From Orbicella franksi (taxonomy: Eukaryota): a stretch of DNA of 64,000 nucleotides. The notes under the pieces were generated by a model, which did not search any database, was not told the origin of the DNA, and saw only the letters and a program-made list of their open reading frames with translations. How positions within the stretch are numbered: position 1 is the stretch's first letter; every line of letters starts with the position of its first letter. The DNA lies in contig OZ116698.1 of the NCBI GenBank assembly GCA_964199315.1, forward strand, positions 6,634,001 to 6,698,000, read 5' to 3'. The translations under genes and the position numbers were made by a program. Shown here one piece after another: positions 27,301 to 33,300 of the stretch.

Positions 27301-30300
27301 TACCGATAAACCATTCACCCTCTTCAATCCATATTTGGATCAGAATGGACAACCTGGATAAATTACGCAATTCACATCAAAGAAAACTTTTATCAATAAA
27401 AATGATTACCTTTACAAACAGGCATTTCTCCGCTCCAAGTCTTATCAGCCATACAGGTCCTTGTGGAGGAACCAACCAAATCGAATCCAACATCGCAACT
27501 AAACTTTATAGTGTTGGAAAAGGTTGTGACAGTTCCAGAAGACGAGCCGTTGATAGGCGAGGTTGGAGCACCGCAGTCAACCGCTATAAGAGATGAACGT
27601 AGCTTTTCATACATAGTGTAATTAAGACGTTCAACTTAAAAGTTGATGTCGGTATCACTTCATATAGGGTATTTTTGGCAATAGGAATGGCCGTATTTCC
27701 TACAGCAGTTTATAAAGTAGGTCATTAATTTAAAAAAACTGGAATTACTTCTCTCATATAAGGTGAAGCTTCCAATATTGCTTCTAAGGAATGTCAGCAT
27801 ATATTTTGTCCTTTCATTTTACATTTTGGGGCGGAGAATACAAAATTAGAGCAAGGTGGCTAGTGATACGATTGCTTTATCGATCAATAACGGCTGATTA
27901 TTAATAAAGGAAGTTCATTACCTTCGCAGGAGGTTTTGTTTCCATCCCATCTTCCGTCCGCTTGGCAAGTTCGTTTGCGAGATCCGCGAACAATGAAGCC
28001 TTTGTCACAGTTAATCTTCACGTGGTTTGGGTATGTAGTTTCTCCCCCTGACAGCGAGCCGTTCAGCGGAATAGGGAGCCTTCCGCAATCAACGGCTGGA
28101 CAAGAGAAATAGAAAGACAGCAGATAAAGAAGTGTTTTCCATTTTTTTCTTTTCCAGATAAAGTGTTAATTGGTGTGCTGCAAATTACTTTGTAATCAAG
28201 GAAGGCCGAAAGTAACCAGTTTCTTATATTTAGCTACACTATTTGAGTTTCCAGGAGACAATTAACCTAAATTATTGTATCTTATCACGCTTGTTTAACT
28301 TCCTTTTCTGAGGCTTAGGACTTCTTACAGCACTTTTTCCTCCGTGTTTGGTGCGTTACTTCTTAATTCTCGTACTCTTGTGGTGTGTAGTTGTATAAAA
28401 TGGAACACATCATCAGGTAGAGTCTTGCTGATTAGCAGTAACTTCAGCAAGTTTGCATTCACACCAGACGGAACAAAATATGAGATTACATTGATAATAT
28501 GTCTACCACAAAGGGACATATTCAAAGCACAAGTACGATCCAATCGCACGGACGCTAAGCGATGATCAAGAATGTATTTGAATTCATGTACAGCTATGGC
28601 ATGAAGGATCATTTCGCTCACCACATTAATTAAACGCTAGTAGGATTTACTTACGTATGCATGACACTTCCTTCCCACTCCAGTTTTTATCCGAGGTGCA
28701 CATCCTTGTTTCACTTCCTTCCAGATAAAAACCGTCATCGCATTTGAACTGAAGCGAGCTTTGAAAAGTTGTTTCGTTGCCCATAAATGATCCATTCTTC
28801 GGACGAGGCGGAAAACCACAGTTTACAACTGAAATGAGATTAATTCGGATTTCTAACTAGTGAAAATAAAAAGGAAGCAAGTGGGAAAATAACAGACCTA
28901 CGGCTTCGTTCTATCTAGATTGGGGTTCTTAGGAATTCATAGCCTGGGTCCCGAAAAGAGAAAGCAATCCTAACTCAACCCCCAGCCCTCCCTTCCTCCC
29001 ACACCCAGTCCTCCACTGCACATCCTGCATTGCATTCCAAAGGCACCCAGAAAGGAAAAGGAAGGGAAAGGAAATTATAGGATGAAAAGTACTCATATTT
29101 GCCGGGCCTCTGTTAGTGGGTCCACGTGCAATTATGATGTCAAAGCAAAGTAAAATGAGATTGGTTATTCAATATCCACCATCTCAAATTTCGGTTATGT
29201 TGGAAACTTGTGAAAATGGATGGTAAAAGGCGAAAAATAATCTATGAGAATGCAGAGAGATGTTGCAGGAGAAGATGACAGCATCTCAGTCAAGAAGGCT
29301 AGGAAAAAAAGTAACAAATTTGGGTGAAACATACTGTCAATGGAAGGTCAAGTAACGTGAGCACAGAATTAGCACACCATAATGTTACGATTGGGAAGTA
29401 AATACTTAGATTACAAAAGTACAAGTCCCAGGAAAAGTAGGGATTTCTGCTCTAAAAATGTCAAGGAAAGAATCGATTAGATCATGTTTTTGTTACATGA
29501 GAATAACATCTGACATTCTGCAACCCACACCTTTGCAAACTGGCTGTGTTCCAGTCCACGTTCCGTTTAGCAGACACTTGCGATCCGGTGACCCCACAAG
29601 GTCATACCCTAAGTCACAGTTGAAGAACACTACGCTATTGCCAGAATATGTTACCCCAAGCTTTCGACCATTTTCAGGAGTTCCAGGATCTCCACATCCT
29701 CCCTCTGAAAAGGGAAAAACGACACATTGACAATGAAATGCAACCGCACATTACAGGATGTCTTCGAACACCGTGACAAGTGGTATATAAACAAGCACTA
29801 AAAATCTGTGACCTCACGCTAGGGCGTAGCTTTGTGAACACGTTTCATGAGGCACCTTGTTTTCCTTCTCACATAATGAACATTTCTGGTAGCGGCAAAG
29901 TAAGTGATAGAGACATGTTCAACAGAGGCTACATATTCAAGGTGCCGTAAATTTGATCTACCTGTAAATCTGTTTGCTCGTAACATGTCGATCTCTTGTG
30001 GGTCTCAGCTGTCTACCAGACAGAACAATACCAATATAAGTCATTCCAGGCTGGACATAGATTACTCACCAGTACATTTGAAAGGCAACACGGTCCATCT
30101 TCCAAGAAAGCACATTTGTGTAGCCATCCCTTCCTGGTTAAAACCTTTATTACATTTAAATGTGACTTTATATCCAGATCGGTACTTTTTACTTGGATTT
30201 GAAATGTCCGCGTTTCTTGGAATTGCCGGCTCTGGACAGTCCTGCACTGAAATCAATTGAGAGAAACGGCACGTAGTGACTATTAAGTGAGAGCCTGACT

Positions 30301-33300
30301 CTGCTAGCTGTGAAGTCATATAACGAAGTACGTAACTAATAACTTACTAAACTAGCGGTAATAAAACTATATGGATTTATATGGGGACACTAATATAAAA
30401 ATACTGTTTTAAAGCTAATACAATATAAAAATATAAATAAGATAAGGATGCATAACATATACGATAAAAATGTAAAAAGGCATTAAGAATCCCATAAAAT
30501 GCAGTTATTACCACAACTATCAGTCGAAATATCCTAGTCAAGTTTGTGAATGTTGTTCTTAAACGCTGACAATGTCGGTGACAAGGATGCTGTTGTGTTG
30601 AAGATACGGTATATGGATATCGGAACAATAGTTAGCAATTCAACTTAAATACATGCAGATTACTTATCTTAATTTTTATGGTGAATGTCGACACACTGTG
30701 AGCACCAAGTAAACTAACTGACAGAAGCTATCTCTTCTTCTACAGCCCCACAGGGTGACAGAAATCAGTTCCACTTACAGCATCTTGGAGTGAGACCGTC
30801 CCATCGTTTTTTTGCGGTACATCTCTTGACAGGATCCGTGTTCAAATTGTATCCTTCGTTGCAAGTATAATGAGCTGTAGAGTTGTAACTTGTTCCCGTG
30901 AAATTCAGTTTTCCATTCTGTACAGAAGGTGGATTACCACATGACATACCTAGTAGCAAGACATGACAGTCACTGGGATTCTCACCGAAGTAAGGTAGGA
31001 GAGTTATTTTTTTCCTTTATTCCCAATTCAAGGCTAAAGAGTGAGGTGGCAGTCTAAAATTAAAGGAGCTCAATCACGGTATTTTGCGTTATTTTGACGA
31101 CGTCTAAAATTCCTCTTGAATTGAGGGAAACCTAGAAATAGTAGTTTACTAAGATAGAAAACACCAAAGAGATTATAATACACTATTATGGAACAAGGAT
31201 GGTTAAGGATGGAGAAGATAGACACGGATTACAAACGACGACCTTGAAAAGTTTAGACTAATGTTTTCAAGACGCGCAACCATGACGTAGATTTTTTAAC
31301 TAGTTATCTTATGAATATCGTTTTGAGGAACGACGAAATCATAGAAACATTGAACACCTATGAGAGCCAGAGAAAAAAGAAAAATCATTGAGAGGTAAAC
31401 GAAGCTCGGTGTTAAAAAAGACACACTTTTCCACATCTGTGTATTTTAAAAACATATCTGCAAGAATCGATTGTCTGAAAGTGCGCCGTAAATCTAGAAA
31501 TATGTGGAATAAAACAGAAGATTTGTGAACTACGCTCACAAACTGCTGGCTGGTTAAGGGTTGAAGTCCTAACCATGAAAAATTGGCCCATTTAGTCGGT
31601 AAATTTGAATTCTTGCTTTGACTTTCGTAAAAGGAGACTAACCTTTCTCCACGCAACTAAAACCACAGCTACCGTCACAAAGGCATTGATACCTGCCTGA
31701 ACCACATCCGCTCTCAGGAGAGCACTCTTGAGTACATTTGGTCCGAGCCGCCCGGATGGTCCTTTTACACGAGTGAGTACCTTGACAGAACACAAAGGTA
31801 AAATCAGAATGTGGATCACATATTGGAGTAAAAATTGCAAGAATTTTGTGTATACATACGCACCATGTAACAAAGCTATACCCCTGTTTTCCAAAACAAT
31901 AAATTTTCCACGTAGTATGTGGAAAGCTTGTCATTTTGCAACCTAAGCAGGGACTGCGCGGTTAGTGGTAGAACTTTAGACCGGTATGTGGAAGGTTATG
32001 GTTGATCATGAGTTCTCGTGCTAGGAAAGCCCTGAAATATTTTTTCCTAAGTATGTAGTTCGGAACTGAGTCAAGAAAATGTCAATAGAAAGTATTTGAT
32101 GCATTCCTTTAGGCCAAAAGCTGCGTTACTTTTTGTTGAATTGAAATTCCCGGCCCACTCCTCTGTTAATAAAATTGTTTTTCTCCGAATGACAAGGTCT
32201 TCTAGAAGCCAACATTGGAAAAAGACAGTGACCATTTCAAGAATTGAAACGGGACTTCTAGTTTCGTCAGTTGCATGCATAACATACCTTCGCATTTAAA
32301 AGGGAATCGAGTCCACAGTCCATTGATACAGATTCTGACAGGATTTCCATTGGGTAGTTCTTTAAAGCCCTTTTTGCAGGCTAATGTGATTCTTTCGCCA
32401 GTCGTGTATGTGCGATTGAAGTTGTCCGGTTTTTTGATGTACGTAGAAAACGGGATGTTTGGTAAGGTACACATTCTTACTGGAAAAGAAGAAAAGAATT
32501 TAAGCGAACAATCAGAATATTTGGTGAACGGCCTAGATTTCTCATAAACGTACTCGCCTGCTGAAACATAAATAAATATGGTGATAACACGGCGATAAGA
32601 AAATAACTACATCTCTCTTATTTTTTCTGTCTTGCACGTAATATACCTTAGTGTTTTAACTCAATGAACATACATTCACTTGATTGTATTGTTATTTGTA
32701 TTTGCCTTTGTGTTTCTAAATTTGTAGTGTCCGCAATTATGTATCAGGCTCTACCAAACTTAATTCATTTGGCACTCAAGAGAAGCAAGCCTGTCATTAT
32801 AAGTTAATGAAGAGCGAATTACGTTGTGCTCAAAGGAAAGGCTGTCTCTAGTAAGACACACCAGCACAAAATAGTGTTAGTAGTCAGGATTACGTCAGGT
32901 GCGGATACTTACAGCAGTTAGGTCCCACGCCATCCCAGTTTTCATTTGCCCGGCAGGTTCGTTGTGAGGCGCCAGACAATGTGTAACCTTTGTTACAAAC
33001 GTACGTAACAGTTTCTCCGAACTTAGTGGATGGGTATTGTGCCTCAGCATTCCTTACGTTCGGTGGTTTGCCACAAGATAAATCTGTCCGATAAAAAATA
33101 CGTAAATAAATAAACAAATAATATGAAAGATCAAAGTCAATATCCAACTATCTTGACTAGAGAAGACTGGGCAAAGAGGGATTTATTATACGGCACCATT
33201 TCCTTGCGGGATAGGGCGGGAAATCCCGAGAGGGCAAGATAGCCCCATCATGGCCACTCGGTTAGTCACTCAAAGCGTAGGATTTGGTTAATCTTTGCCG

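Noticed and set aside
146-29704. Regularly spaced ~174-bp repeats as a CRISPR array or satellite
   Set aside because: The repeats are spliced coding exons with AG/GT boundaries, third-position divergence and variable intron spacers.
8903-29704. Eleven CCP exons missing from the ORF track as possible pseudo-exons
   Set aside because: I translated them by hand; all are stop-free with four Cys, Trp and proper splice sites. They are missing only because there is no start codon or the ORF is under the length cut-off.
135-29730. Many plus-strand ORFs overlapping CCP exons (e.g. 154-420, 7093-7383, 19996-20298, 29458-29730)
   Set aside because: Antisense shadows of the minus-strand exons; no independent domain signal.
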